From the NCBI GenBank assembly GCA_900767835.1, contig CAAGAO010000018.1:125-64124 (forward strand): a stretch of DNA of 64,000 nt. The letters are read 5' to 3'. The position numbers and the translations under genes are program-made. Under the pieces are notes generated by a model that was not told where the DNA came from, made no database searches, and worked only from the letters and a program-made list of their open reading frames with translations. This DNA comes from Clostridia bacterium. Lineage in GTDB: Bacteria > Bacillota > Clostridia > Christensenellales > UBA1242. Each line of letters opens with the position of its first letter. Position 1 is the first letter of the stretch. Below, piece by piece: positions 32,101 through 39,255 of the stretch.

Positions 32101-35100
32101 GCACAAGAAATAACGATATTTTAACAAGTAATTTCGTTGTTGCAAATGAGGGTGTAATTTCATATTGCTATGCAACCGGTGTAAACGCAAGTAAAAAAGG
32201 TTATTTATTCATAGCAGATCCTGAAGATGTGGCTCAAAATTTAAACATTGAAAGTGCTGAAGAAGACAAAAAGGCAAGTTATGGAACTATTGAAAATAAC
32301 TGCTACACTATTGTTAAAGCAGATAATGATGATGTTAGTTCTTATGTTCCAAAAGAAGTATTTGTAGAAAGTGATGCTTCTGAGACAGTATTCTCTTCTA
32401 AAGAAAACTCTATTTCAACATTGTATAAATCTATAAATTCAGAAGATGATACAAAATCTGATTTAGAAAAGGCAGATACATTTGGATATTATGATTGTGA
32501 CCCATATTACAACTATAATTATCCAACAATATCAGGTGGTTTATTTAAAAACTTTAAATTCTTAAAACGTAGCACTATGGTTGAATACGATGGTGCCGTA
32601 TATAAAGAAAAAGTTGAAGAAATATATAACAATGAAAAGTCTTATACATATTCATTAGATGATGCTACAACAAGAACAGTATGGGGTGTAAATTACTTTA
32701 GAGTAGAATTATATTGCCAAATCCCAAATCTAACTGTTTTTAAAGATTTAAACTCATCAGATAACGGAACAAATGGTTTAACATATAAATATAGTAAGTT
32801 TGTTGTTATTGCAAATATCAATGTTGGATATAATCTCGATAAAGAGAAAGATGATTCAATAAATACGACATTAATCAATTCTTTAACCCCAAACATCAAA
32901 ACATATGATGAAAATACAGGATACAATGACAATAATATTGCGGAAGTAATAATTGATTTTCAGAATAATACTTTATTAAATTTAAAACTTGGCGTTGGCG
33001 TAAAACTTATTAAAGAAATTAAAGGCAACGACTCAAAAGTTACTATTAAAAATTTGGAATTTAATAATGTTGAACTAAATAGTTCAACTGGTTTGATTGG
33101 TTCGACTGATAAAAATACAATATTAGAAAAAATAAAATTTACAGACGACGCAACTGTTTATATAAGAATGAAAGACAATATATCTAACCTTTCAGATGAA
33201 AAAAGATATAATTATGATTACAAAGATGAAATCACAGGATACTATAGAAATGTTATAGGTGTATTAGTTGGAAGAAATGAAGGATTGATACAAAATTGTG
33301 CATTCTATTCAAAAATCACAACAGATGGACTAAGCTTAGGAAGTTATGCTTTAGGTGGTTTGGTTGGTCATAATGTCGCTAATGCAGATGGAACAGGCGT
33401 TAATAACTGTATATTCAAAGGTAATGTTTATATATCAGAAAATTTTGCAGATAGTAAATTTAAAAACAAAGATTTGCAAGTTATATTTGGTGGTTTGGTG
33501 GCAGTTAACGATGGAACCATTAACAAATCAAAATTAGAAACTTCAAGTATAAGAACGAACTATATTTTAACCCAAGGCGGAACAGTTTATAACAAGAGTG
33601 TATATGATAATGAATTGTCATACGAACAAAGAACAAACGATCCTAAAGTTTCAGACGATCCAAGTTATGTATACAATTCTCCAATTTATGTTATAAGTAG
33701 TAATAAAGCAATTGTTGGTGGTATAGCAGGTATAATGAATACTGGTGTAATATCAAATTGTTCTACATATAAAAACGATAGTGCCAATGATCTCATAATT
33801 CTTGTGGGTGATGAATATAGACAAAAAATCGCTTATGCTGGTGGCATTGTTGGCTTAATTACTACAACTGACGGAAATGTTAGGGATTGTTCAAATCGTG
33901 GTAATGTTACAGCGATGGCAACATGGCTTTTAACCGCAAATAAAGAAGATGAAGCAAACTACAAATTTGATTTGTTAAACATAGCAATTAAATCCGCAGA
34001 CAAAGTAAATGGTTATATTGATAAAGTGTTCTTTGATGATGCATGCGTTGAACCTATCACAAAACCAGATAACTCAATTCCATCTGCTACTTCATTGTAT
34101 GTTTATAGAGAAATGGTTTCTATGGCTTATGCTGGCGGTATTGCAGGCTTTGGTTTAACAAGTGCTAAATCTAACTACACAGAAGAAAATGGCAATGTTC
34201 GTTTGGCAAACTATGGAACTATTAGTGGTGGCTTTAGAGCAATAAAACCTATGGCTAAAATATACAATACTCATTTTGGCTTAGAACCTTTCAAAAAAGC
34301 CAATGCATTATTCCCTGAGTTTGCTGCTGCAACTGTTGTTGCAATGAAACTTATAAGAAATAGTTTGATCGCTATTCCAGATACTATTCCAGAATTGATA
34401 GCATTTGCAGCTAAAATGACTGGATGGCTTGTCGTAAATGGTTTTTATACTTCTGTTGTTAATTCAATTTATGAAAGTGTTTCAAATGTAGCATTAAATG
34501 TAGATGGGTTTATTGGAAGCAGTCCTAATTACTATAAAGGCTATAATTATTTAACAAATAAATATAGTACAAACATCTTTGTTAGAAGTATATTTAATGA
34601 TTCTTCAAGATGGGGTGATGAGGGTAAAAAAATATTAAATGAAAGTTTAGCAATTTATGAAAAAGATGACGGTACTATTTTAGGCTATCTAAAAGAGAAT
34701 GGGTTAGATGATATTAAGGCATTAGCTAAAGGTGAAGGTTTCCTTATTAAAACAATAAAAGCAATTATGGATTATACTCTTGCTGGTGACTTTATTTACA
34801 ATTCTAACATTTTATGGAGTGGATATCTTAATTTGTTCTTACACGATTATGTTGTAGCTACTCTTAATCCCCTTGTTATATTAGGTGCGAAGTTTACTAC
34901 GTTTATCAGAAAAATATTCCCAAATATTAAAGGGTTTGAAATTTATGAGCAAATGGTAAAAATTAAGAATATAAGTTCTAACGATCTTAAATATGTCAAT
35001 AGCGTAAATACAATAAGTGAAACAGTTACAAAGACTCCTAAAAATTCAGAACAAAGCAGAGCAGAGGCAGAATATTTTACTTATACTGCAAAACTAATTA

Positions 35101-38100
35101 GTTATTCGTATGATGGTGTATGTCCAAATTTAAATCAAACTAGCGAAAAGCTGGCTGTTTATTCTTCCGTAAAAAATTTGAATGATAAATTGCCAAGTGC
35201 TGATAATAAAGAAAAAGATATTACAACCACACTTAATACTGCAAACCCAGATAATGCTTTGATAAAATTCAAGTTTGCTGAATTAAATGCAGATGGAAAA
35301 GTTGTAAATCAAACAATAAAAGATAAGTATAATAATACCGAAGAAAAGTTTGCGATTACTAATATTGGTATTACAAATAATAACGAATTAGGGTACTGGG
35401 ATAATGATGGAAAACATAATTGGACATTAGATGATGATAATTGTTATGTCCCAGCATCTAAAGATGAATTATCAATAGATGATAAAGATTTTAAACCTGC
35501 AACTGATGATGATGGCAACGAGGTAATAAATTACACTTTAACTGAAGCAGAGGATTGGGAAAAATTAGTTCGCACAATCAATAGTAATGAAAAATATGAA
35601 AATGTTAATATTATTGTTAATTTAAGTAGTGGACAAACTGAAATCCCAGTAGGTAAAAATACTTTAGATAATTTTAGTGGTTCAATAATATTTAGATCAC
35701 CAAAATACTACTTCTCAAATATCGTCCTTGCAGACAAAGCTTCAGAAACACCAATTGAGAGTTTAGGTTTAATCAAACAAACGCAAGGCGTAACTTTAAA
35801 ATCAATAACTATTAAAGGCTCTGTAAGTTTTTCTGTATCAGATAACGCAAGTGACAATGTTACTGCTGGTATATTGATAGGCAAAGTTGTTCCAAAAGAA
35901 AACAGCAAAAAAACATTATCAGTAGTATCAACAAGCATAATTGCTAGTTCTATTACAATCACTGAAAATTCTTTATCCAAGATAAAATACTTTGGTGGTT
36001 TAATTGGTGATTTAACCTTAGGCACAAAACTTGAAAATGAAGATGAAGATGCTGAAGTTTTATATCAATCAAAAATTTCCGATGTATTCCTTGGAGATAC
36101 AAGTGCTAGTGGAAATGCATTCAATATAAACGAAACTCAAATTAGCATACGTGAAGACCAAGTTAAGTACTTTGGTGGTTTAATTGGAAAAGTTGATACA
36201 ATTGATAGTAGTAATAAGTTAGCAATCAACAAAGTAGAAACTTATGGTAGTGTTAAATTGATTTCTGAATTTAACAATGCTGGTGGTTTAATTGGAATTG
36301 TTAAAGAAAATGTCTCAGTTCAATTTGGTGTTAAATCAAAGAATGTAGATAGCGAAGACAATAATAATATTCAATTAAATATTGGTATTGCATCAAACGC
36401 GACAACAATTGTTGGTGGCTTGATAGGATATGTAGAAAATAATAGCGTTGTTGAAATCATAAAACAAGTCAACATTGGCACAAAAACGGGCATTACAATT
36501 TCAGCAGATATAACAAATGATACAAAAGAAGCTTATGCTGGTGGTTTATTTGGGGCTATGTTTGGCTATATACTTTCAGGCTACGATAAAATTACTATGG
36601 GTAACAAAATCCTTACAACTTTCAGTAGTGTTAGCTATGTATTTGCAGGCTATAATGCAATGGATCTTGAAACACTTATAAATATTCCAATAGAAAGTTA
36701 TGCTTCATTATATGCGGGAGTATCAGAAAATAGCGATTTTGTCACATCAAATAGTTTTGTTGTAAAATATATGTATAATAAGTCAAAAACATATACCAAA
36801 GCACTAACAGGGGCTACTTCTCCAAATTGGAATAGTCTAGATAAAGCTGTTTATATATCTAATACAACTATCAATTTTGAATCTGGTTTAAAGTATGATT
36901 TATATACTACTGAATATGAAAATGGTTATAATTATTTAATAACCAATGATACAACAAAAGCATATTTAGATTCGGCAACATATACTTTTACTCCAGTCAC
37001 GATAAATGATGATGGAGAAGAAGTAAAAGGTACTTCAAAAGTAGTTTCTTTAACGAACAGAACGATAATTGATTCTGAAACCAAATTAGGTTATAAACTT
37101 ACGCCTGTATATTATGAGGGCTTTGAAACATCAAATGCAAACGATGTGAATTCTCGTCATTGGTTGTTAGAAATTTCTTATATAGATAATACAACAACAT
37201 ATACTATACCAACTTCAAATGTGGATATTACATACAAATTTTTGATTAGTTTAATAGGTTCTAATGCAAGATTGGAAGATTCTGGAAGATATAACCTAAT
37301 TGTCAAACAGTTAAATCAATTTACACAAAAAGAAAAACTAATAGGTTATGTAGATATAAGCACAAAATACAATGATACAAAATTTAATAATGATCCGGGT
37401 GAAGTAAATACTTCAACAAGCATTTATTATTCATCTTATGAAGGATCTGAAGTTAACAAAACAATTTTCTCAAGAACATTTAAACTTAATGATTTAACTG
37501 ATGGAGAAAATATGTTGTATAAATTAGAAGAAATATTTAAGTATTCATTAACTAAGAGTGTTCAAAATAAAGAAAAATCCAACACTAAATCAGCTACATC
37601 ATTATTGCAGACAGCATTAACTAATACATCAATTGATTTTATTGTCAATAAAGAAGCGGATAAATATTCTTTTAAAGTTAAAGATAATTTTAAACTTGTT
37701 GTCAAATATGATAGTTCTACAACTGAGATAAACAATAAATTCTCAGAAGAAGATAAAGAAGATAACACCAAGAAAGATGATATGGAAAATGATCCTAACA
37801 AATATATGGATTCAAAAACAGAGGAATCAAAAGATTCAATAACAAAAAAATATAGTAGATATATTCTAAATATTAATGACATCTCATCTGGTGACTTGAC
37901 TTCAGACAAATTGATTAATGTGGGTAATTTTAAGAACTCATATGGCGTTTATATAAATCAAGACATAAATAATGATGCTCCTTTAAAAACTGATGAATAC
38001 TCTACACCAAGTTTATTAAATGATGAAATTTATTTAGCATATTCAAAACCTAAATATAGTTATCAAAATGATGGGGCTCAATATGATGAAATCAAAGTAT

Positions 38101-39050
38101 ATAAATATACAAATGAAGACAAAAACACATCATACTTAATAGTTTCTTGTATGCAAAAACCTGATAATGATAGTTATTCTATGTATATTAAAGAGTATGT
38201 TTATGCATTCGCTAAAGACAATTCATTAGAGTACTACGGCTATATTAGTTATAAACTAACAGGTGCTAATGGGAAATTGGTTGAGGAAATATACAAAACA
38301 TTCTATGAAGATGGCGTCCCAGCCCGTTATGGAAGTTACTTCCCTTCATTTATAGATGGTAGTGGTAATAGTTATGACAATGCTGCTTATGATTTCAATA
38401 ATAAAATTGAACAAACACCAAAAGCAGGGCAAATTATCTTCTATTGCTATACAGCACATCAAAGAGTAGACATTACATCTAATAAAAATGATATGACTTA
38501 TTCTTATAGAATAATAACTGATACAATGATGCAAAAAGTAAATATATCATCAAGTGCCACAGCAGATAATGGCGTTAATATTGTTATAGCAGACAAAGAA
38601 AAAATTAGTAGTTCTTATGGTGATACAACAACAATAAGATTCCAAGGCTCAACAGGTTTAGGTGGCTTATTAAAGGCAGAGAAAAAGGTATTAACTGATT
38701 GCACTCATGTTACAGGTACGGCTCCAGAGGATGTTAAAACTGATGATATAACTGGTACAGTTGTTGAATATTGGACATGGACTACAGCAAATAATAAAGC
38801 AGAAGTTGTTGCTTTGCATACTCAGTATCAAGAATTGCAAGAAGTTGAACAAAAAGATGAAGATGGAAACCTAATATATGATGAATATGGTAATGTAAAA
38901 ACCAAAGAAGAATATGTATTAGTTAATAAGTACTATAGCGTAATTGCAAATAGAACTTTAACGGTTTATGATTTGCCAGAAGAAATCTTCTTCTATGTTT
39001 CATCAGGAAGTTACAATATTGATAAATGTATAGCAAAAGCAATCGTATAA
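20148..39050 (+). CDS. giant surface lipoprotein (6300 aa): Ig-like repeat arrays plus at least seven GLUG-motif beta-helix-like modules
   Basis: An 18,903-nt ORF with no stop in AT-rich DNA. GGGAG RBS (starts at 20148, 20154 or 20163 are all possible). Lipoprotein signal peptide ILIMSIAILCVGVLFSAC (Cys codon 20229-20231). Many rungs of type GGIAGENKGIIENCTFAGSINV, GGLVGHNV..NNCIFKGNV and AGGIVGFNRGYLYQV. No LPXTG, SLH or HExxH motif seen. Confidence 0.85.
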   Translation: MSMKPMKKISILIMSIAILCVGVLFSACTQNGEASITLSQNNATIFLGETENNQVSILATLKNVDVNKLDLVYDTSFVTISQEKNTDGTFTITVKSLIDYGTKPIAVEVKASNKASAVFYIDIVLPLQNIVAKDNLYIAYNGEKTSYSLIDFISFEPEGTVQKGVEFTVQEESEQYHIENNKLVVEAGVDVAQLSQIKVNAVSTVISEGKEPVSAELNIKLLPNIKLLADSISVSVDYNGDKLPLQDKSYELTIKKELDGYKLSTFEIEVVIPQSLGIEVDLDSSSFGGLSTNILNYLSYSRRHTLDTTNASNIKDVYTFTFETKSSLQGKGDLRMKYWYKDYSSDNNLSANFIAKVENEIVEKLSLTAIMPITSIEVRTDCVLNTDTNIYTIYNNYKGVYGEAFTLVALPEGTGQRTIVLEKTEDSELLVYNSKGNLLPFIRYIYDENGTLIETKNNQQEITSGETIYIKGANKSTESLIYFSSISDKESATKGTLSFNVSNGTSALGFVDDTESTELKEEIVLNAEINNSTVTYLLAPNAKVSDFTKDENVTIEPVLGKDNYFKVTFSALKIGKQTYTIKTINGYKVIATLNVIKPLENVVLKLKDNSQYLAGIGDYAQKNSDNDLINISVEKGYSIALDYVINQNAQISSIKYSFYNPQNIDVYGDEIDKLKDVYNYNYPTLFDELSLVLNNQNLIQNNILTGINSGINVIKIEIYGQKVLNGQLIDEIKDTKFLFVQIYNPVKQINSTAKNITLRTVDQVASEYESLTTKTLTLDVTSEGGEKATYNKIFIDGSAYDIVLTESGNSELVCSKIINKDGIDAIVVTYNFTTGKLNIKANKYVKFTEQPQIILFAGDFVDFENGRHFYTDSTDRPIITYIISINLIETKVIEDISVSNLELDTSKSNSTTKVYKTIYIDTSKAESITYKLLTEITPFDAFDKALKYTFIANSGSTQAMIDIDDNGLITILGEQGGSGIITIEPKNNREGVAVKTVKIPIVVSDGNSWETAYEITSLDQIKYANKHYVLTIPTTYTLTETLFESLEGGFRGGLYGRRFNDAESSKATIKLQGVSLFNILASTAVVADLDICGDVSATEFKNAQGTIEKFTSRGFVANVNAGKIENVKVTSYLLNGVYAPSLLTISADVTKVGGIAGENKGIIENCTFAGSINVRNNSTIVANAMANNTTGTLSNNKVIIAKYDSAIESLRLVNDGENYVNGVVNGTNTTFADIDNNKVFEENYKDYEFNGNVWIANYQDEIGLNLNHSYGEEDSVYGLVFYYLAKDSTKQDNLQLLNIIPFTKLFGLKNTNITTNNLKVLALNSDNTLCDFISINSQGIALNGVGQFVLSVSSEYDYTTTYNLNILSMYQATDFSLSSNGVKLNKNSGELEIIYGEKYEVVSKINNLVNIVNTKGQKETIELVQNDFDVLFTMAYEGMTEEINSENYITGTKLGSHTINMTFDWYDKTNIKVSLVSGSGAHFDALLNKFFDITDGEVGEFNVRRKNGTSDITTDIKEGSIEPKDTFTFSATLTTDVSTDLIDENTIEVYTENNISITEQQYFDIVVEKDTTKDNTFKIQISVNKDNIRNAGYNLLDFVSRKYTILVRAKNSTGIDEKIYNASQEIYVTLLPQTISNINTVLYGVTTSNTTGVNVSNKETPTSVLIPSGSGGLFVIDMFPSYASYDYIDVVATSNTISKLSFRLQERIEDAGELTNNYRNTNNGYEPLIGKNGIRLLNNNSKDNQNIGTYYLKVFANASFSGDTIFTITVNAYYKDNKLSASSVFTLFMKMPEAPQISLNGESKIYTLAGQTIENIEVLVSSEQINPTAQIASNLSGESLIDGKSTSLIHCNMQEVATNNLVGYKKYLITVTFDDTYAANLSVNSTKFKIVVTSIKISNGSEIPVTAEMYVYVVDYKALENDIRIFNASEDVFKVTSLKYLELKLADLLPENVNATQEFIDFFNENYYYSNSNTEFTFGSNKMLVDGEEKELSKAQVLASYLSYVKGNIKTPVLKIGQNNEFELVSTEYLSFDIQEGKLLVRGGNYTGSTSMIFEIEYKMPDGKVFTYEYSFEIVNSLYTTEDLPKEIANVDTFLNIENQDESFDYILTTDLYLYDYSPISNTNKITSLDGNNHTIHIINFVESDNMSDFALFKTISSSTTIKNLTVNIYHLRQITVSSKVTTANIAGFAIQNDGSIYNCEVVAFDNESLPAMSSTYGIKVDKDVNAQVAGFVLTNNGSITNSRFGGITKFVTKVVYSTNDDGKVVNSKVAEQTYSQKMITIQASGTISGFVDTNNGVIASSFVKNVDIQNTYYKLETKVTAGFVNTNNGTIAMSYAEGGFENNTDVRALKGGLEGLGIMTGFIYLNAGKITDSYSNLSITNTKEQVGRLGAGFVFENAESGIIERCYSASKVLSNNITQMNFAGIKDFGGYNNDGTIKTSYYYIENSTDEISIENILGTTINSIINVSDKKEFYGFSFVDGNKAGTWNINDKGRIELVSANDIAHSVRAKNENTTGANTGIEYYFTYCSGYELGSNNNPIIIRDAKEYNAVFGNSVSTDIQDCYNLSTAKVYGSYRLVNDINMLDLVPKEEQETEYKVSLVSTKMTLSGEYNHSSNKGGSINGNGLTITNLAISNSSSVSNNYGLFKSIENGASVSNINIELAKSGVSADHTVFVGTIAGSLVDSYANNIYIKGISSTEYTKIVGANVTGGVFGRVIGDSKVSNCKVENISVTSTYFENYVFDSSNIDKTNVYTRLDENSYSTLSIAGGVFGVVDMYTTSQQDNSTVISAVDSQQAGLSNISATGGMYIEGMTAGGIAGFVGNYVIARDLSLTINKDGVKSGIIAYNCYAGGIVGFNRGYLYQVKAEYEHSWQTEIERNIQTYYQSTDEERKNIDRGSFDLFESDLYNPYSVGGLVGVQQSGKISIAYSKLNVINTKAKIVGGVIGYTCRAFKPDGTKKEDVVSFTMHETYATGDVYTEANEANIGGVIGKNYDESINLTKVNALNYWGIDSYNLFKTKTNNISISAIANYTDAGIESDSSTHVYSISGIKFGNDEKVSFVKNDSGIEVMCSYYDYDGVLSDNGAQIDLMFSKKEWYLENNWTRDLTELFPHIVYVSPRNQYTISSIEEFYKFTLYGNDPNVTFVVIDYDKADPSKGDDDLLIPCNDVQVTYGLLRAKIVGATAKNGFRNLNVPLFSEMNGNEVSTLKFLNCTAPLTQRANNEQFSYLNYSNCEFTVKTNKNIGGIAQEAINKCEFSNITFTNCSINAGNAINAGMLFGSHSQNTVSDTAIKISNVSILSDSSSKIMVAGTTTISDSASEYNYGILFGRAGDVNIDNIQINDKMSINLNSPREVQGSTKEASITANIGLLAGSVNYLDINLQNTTLTAGKTGELSVNCATGDTISEFDKILLNLNVGGIVGKCTDTLMLSVTKTNEGDEAGTYVNVSYAPTINIKNTKNVNSQYVGTACGVANEIKASKNGVYIFGKTEDEKGKTVYNALEYSLAEKTGTSNPVINNIGGIAGTAHLISSTEDKDTIQTNPGIIAYYGDMKSAMPTNADINYLNIGGIVGIYTPLISGSNIISNVIFDGTISFADGYFNNDNTETIKNLNVRAGGVIGYVNGSGTIIKNTIAAGEIILTDRIGNSLKITNGMNIYIAGLVGFNNGVTDLGTSADNGNEGISVITTIFSLTGANGVDSIAHNSGNGYFNLNNKVKYCSSLNLVVSSLQKGDSKENHNGYLEVNKPDGVEEFLINTEYGQLNEDGMTVWNVANNTVKGSKLDPYYIDEENGIPEKGVGDTVKNNEYYFTKAKSGKNGDKTGADIITYASSYTRKLYIGVKGNKKLPNQISLENTILFSQGASLLSTITPINEIDANSAVTGLVVKLYINESEGSEATNANDYFNLAGLANVNKGIIYTCSVQESLTGFKEYDNSTRFYGYFYSELDYEKLKTSPAFTNQKLPKGIAGFVANNKGYIFGSNANVEMGTRNNDILTSNFVVANEGVISYCYATGVNASKKGYLFIADPEDVAQNLNIESAEEDKKASYGTIENNCYTIVKADNDDVSSYVPKEVFVESDASETVFSSKENSISTLYKSINSEDDTKSDLEKADTFGYYDCDPYYNYNYPTISGGLFKNFKFLKRSTMVEYDGAVYKEKVEEIYNNEKSYTYSLDDATTRTVWGVNYFRVELYCQIPNLTVFKDLNSSDNGTNGLTYKYSKFVVIANINVGYNLDKEKDDSINTTLINSLTPNIKTYDENTGYNDNNIAEVIIDFQNNTLLNLKLGVGVKLIKEIKGNDSKVTIKNLEFNNVELNSSTGLIGSTDKNTILEKIKFTDDATVYIRMKDNISNLSDEKRYNYDYKDEITGYYRNVIGVLVGRNEGLIQNCAFYSKITTDGLSLGSYALGGLVGHNVANADGTGVNNCIFKGNVYISENFADSKFKNKDLQVIFGGLVAVNDGTINKSKLETSSIRTNYILTQGGTVYNKSVYDNELSYEQRTNDPKVSDDPSYVYNSPIYVISSNKAIVGGIAGIMNTGVISNCSTYKNDSANDLIILVGDEYRQKIAYAGGIVGLITTTDGNVRDCSNRGNVTAMATWLLTANKEDEANYKFDLLNIAIKSADKVNGYIDKVFFDDACVEPITKPDNSIPSATSLYVYREMVSMAYAGGIAGFGLTSAKSNYTEENGNVRLANYGTISGGFRAIKPMAKIYNTHFGLEPFKKANALFPEFAAATVVAMKLIRNSLIAIPDTIPELIAFAAKMTGWLVVNGFYTSVVNSIYESVSNVALNVDGFIGSSPNYYKGYNYLTNKYSTNIFVRSIFNDSSRWGDEGKKILNESLAIYEKDDGTILGYLKENGLDDIKALAKGEGFLIKTIKAIMDYTLAGDFIYNSNILWSGYLNLFLHDYVVATLNPLVILGAKFTTFIRKIFPNIKGFEIYEQMVKIKNISSNDLKYVNSVNTISETVTKTPKNSEQSRAEAEYFTYTAKLISYSYDGVCPNLNQTSEKLAVYSSVKNLNDKLPSADNKEKDITTTLNTANPDNALIKFKFAELNADGKVVNQTIKDKYNNTEEKFAITNIGITNNNELGYWDNDGKHNWTLDDDNCYVPASKDELSIDDKDFKPATDDDGNEVINYTLTEAEDWEKLVRTINSNEKYENVNIIVNLSSGQTEIPVGKNTLDNFSGSIIFRSPKYYFSNIVLADKASETPIESLGLIKQTQGVTLKSITIKGSVSFSVSDNASDNVTAGILIGKVVPKENSKKTLSVVSTSIIASSITITENSLSKIKYFGGLIGDLTLGTKLENEDEDAEVLYQSKISDVFLGDTSASGNAFNINETQISIREDQVKYFGGLIGKVDTIDSSNKLAINKVETYGSVKLISEFNNAGGLIGIVKENVSVQFGVKSKNVDSEDNNNIQLNIGIASNATTIVGGLIGYVENNSVVEIIKQVNIGTKTGITISADITNDTKEAYAGGLFGAMFGYILSGYDKITMGNKILTTFSSVSYVFAGYNAMDLETLINIPIESYASLYAGVSENSDFVTSNSFVVKYMYNKSKTYTKALTGATSPNWNSLDKAVYISNTTINFESGLKYDLYTTEYENGYNYLITNDTTKAYLDSATYTFTPVTINDDGEEVKGTSKVVSLTNRTIIDSETKLGYKLTPVYYEGFETSNANDVNSRHWLLEISYIDNTTTYTIPTSNVDITYKFLISLIGSNARLEDSGRYNLIVKQLNQFTQKEKLIGYVDISTKYNDTKFNNDPGEVNTSTSIYYSSYEGSEVNKTIFSRTFKLNDLTDGENMLYKLEEIFKYSLTKSVQNKEKSNTKSATSLLQTALTNTSIDFIVNKEADKYSFKVKDNFKLVVKYDSSTTEINNKFSEEDKEDNTKKDDMENDPNKYMDSKTEESKDSITKKYSRYILNINDISSGDLTSDKLINVGNFKNSYGVYINQDINNDAPLKTDEYSTPSLLNDEIYLAYSKPKYSYQNDGAQYDEIKVYKYTNEDKNTSYLIVSCMQKPDNDSYSMYIKEYVYAFAKDNSLEYYGYISYKLTGANGKLVEEIYKTFYEDGVPARYGSYFPSFIDGSGNSYDNAAYDFNNKIEQTPKAGQIIFYCYTAHQRVDITSNKNDMTYSYRIITDTMMQKVNISSSATADNGVNIVIADKEKISSSYGDTTTIRFQGSTGLGGLLKAEKKVLTDCTHVTGTAPEDVKTDDITGTVVEYWTWTTANNKAEVVALHTQYQELQEVEQKDEDGNLIYDEYGNVKTKEEYVLVNKYYSVIANRTLTVYDLPEEIFFYVSSGSYNIDKCIAKAIV

Positions 39051-39096
39051 AACAAAATAATGAAAAGAAAACTAATATTTTGAAATTAATTTTAAT

Positions 39097-39125
39097 TTGA
39101 CAAAACAAAAAGATATTTATACACT
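39097..39125 (+). promoter_or_regulatory. possible internal sigma-A-type promoter for the second giant gene
   Basis: TTGACA (39097-39102), 17-nt spacer, TACACT (39120-39125). Confidence 0.3.
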
Positions 39126-39173
39126 TTTATTTGGCAAAACAATTATTTCAAAAAAAATAATAAAGGAACAACT

Positions 39174-39215
39174 ATAGACAAAATATAAGAACAATTATTC
39201 TTGTATCTTGTCTAT
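39174..39215 (+). other. intercistronic stem-loop without a T-run (processing/stability or attenuator candidate)
   Basis: ATAGACAA/TTGTCTAT outer 8 bp plus ATATAAGAA/TTCTTGTAT inner 9 bp (one GU), 6-nt loop. Followed by GTTGAAAC, so not a canonical terminator. Confidence 0.45.
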
Positions 39216-39255
39216 GTTGAAACTTTAAAACAAAAAAGGAAAAACGGAGAGAACT

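Noticed and set aside
21590-38534. About a dozen 60-142-aa antisense or out-of-frame ORFs inside the 6300-aa gene (e.g. 23360-23788, 35708-36025, 37562-37909)
   Set aside because: These are shadow ORFs of a long, strongly biased coding frame. They have no RBS, no recognisable motifs and are fully nested in the giant ORF. The same applies to 42255-42713, 46655-46855, 46971-47231 and 47691-47948 inside the second giant gene.
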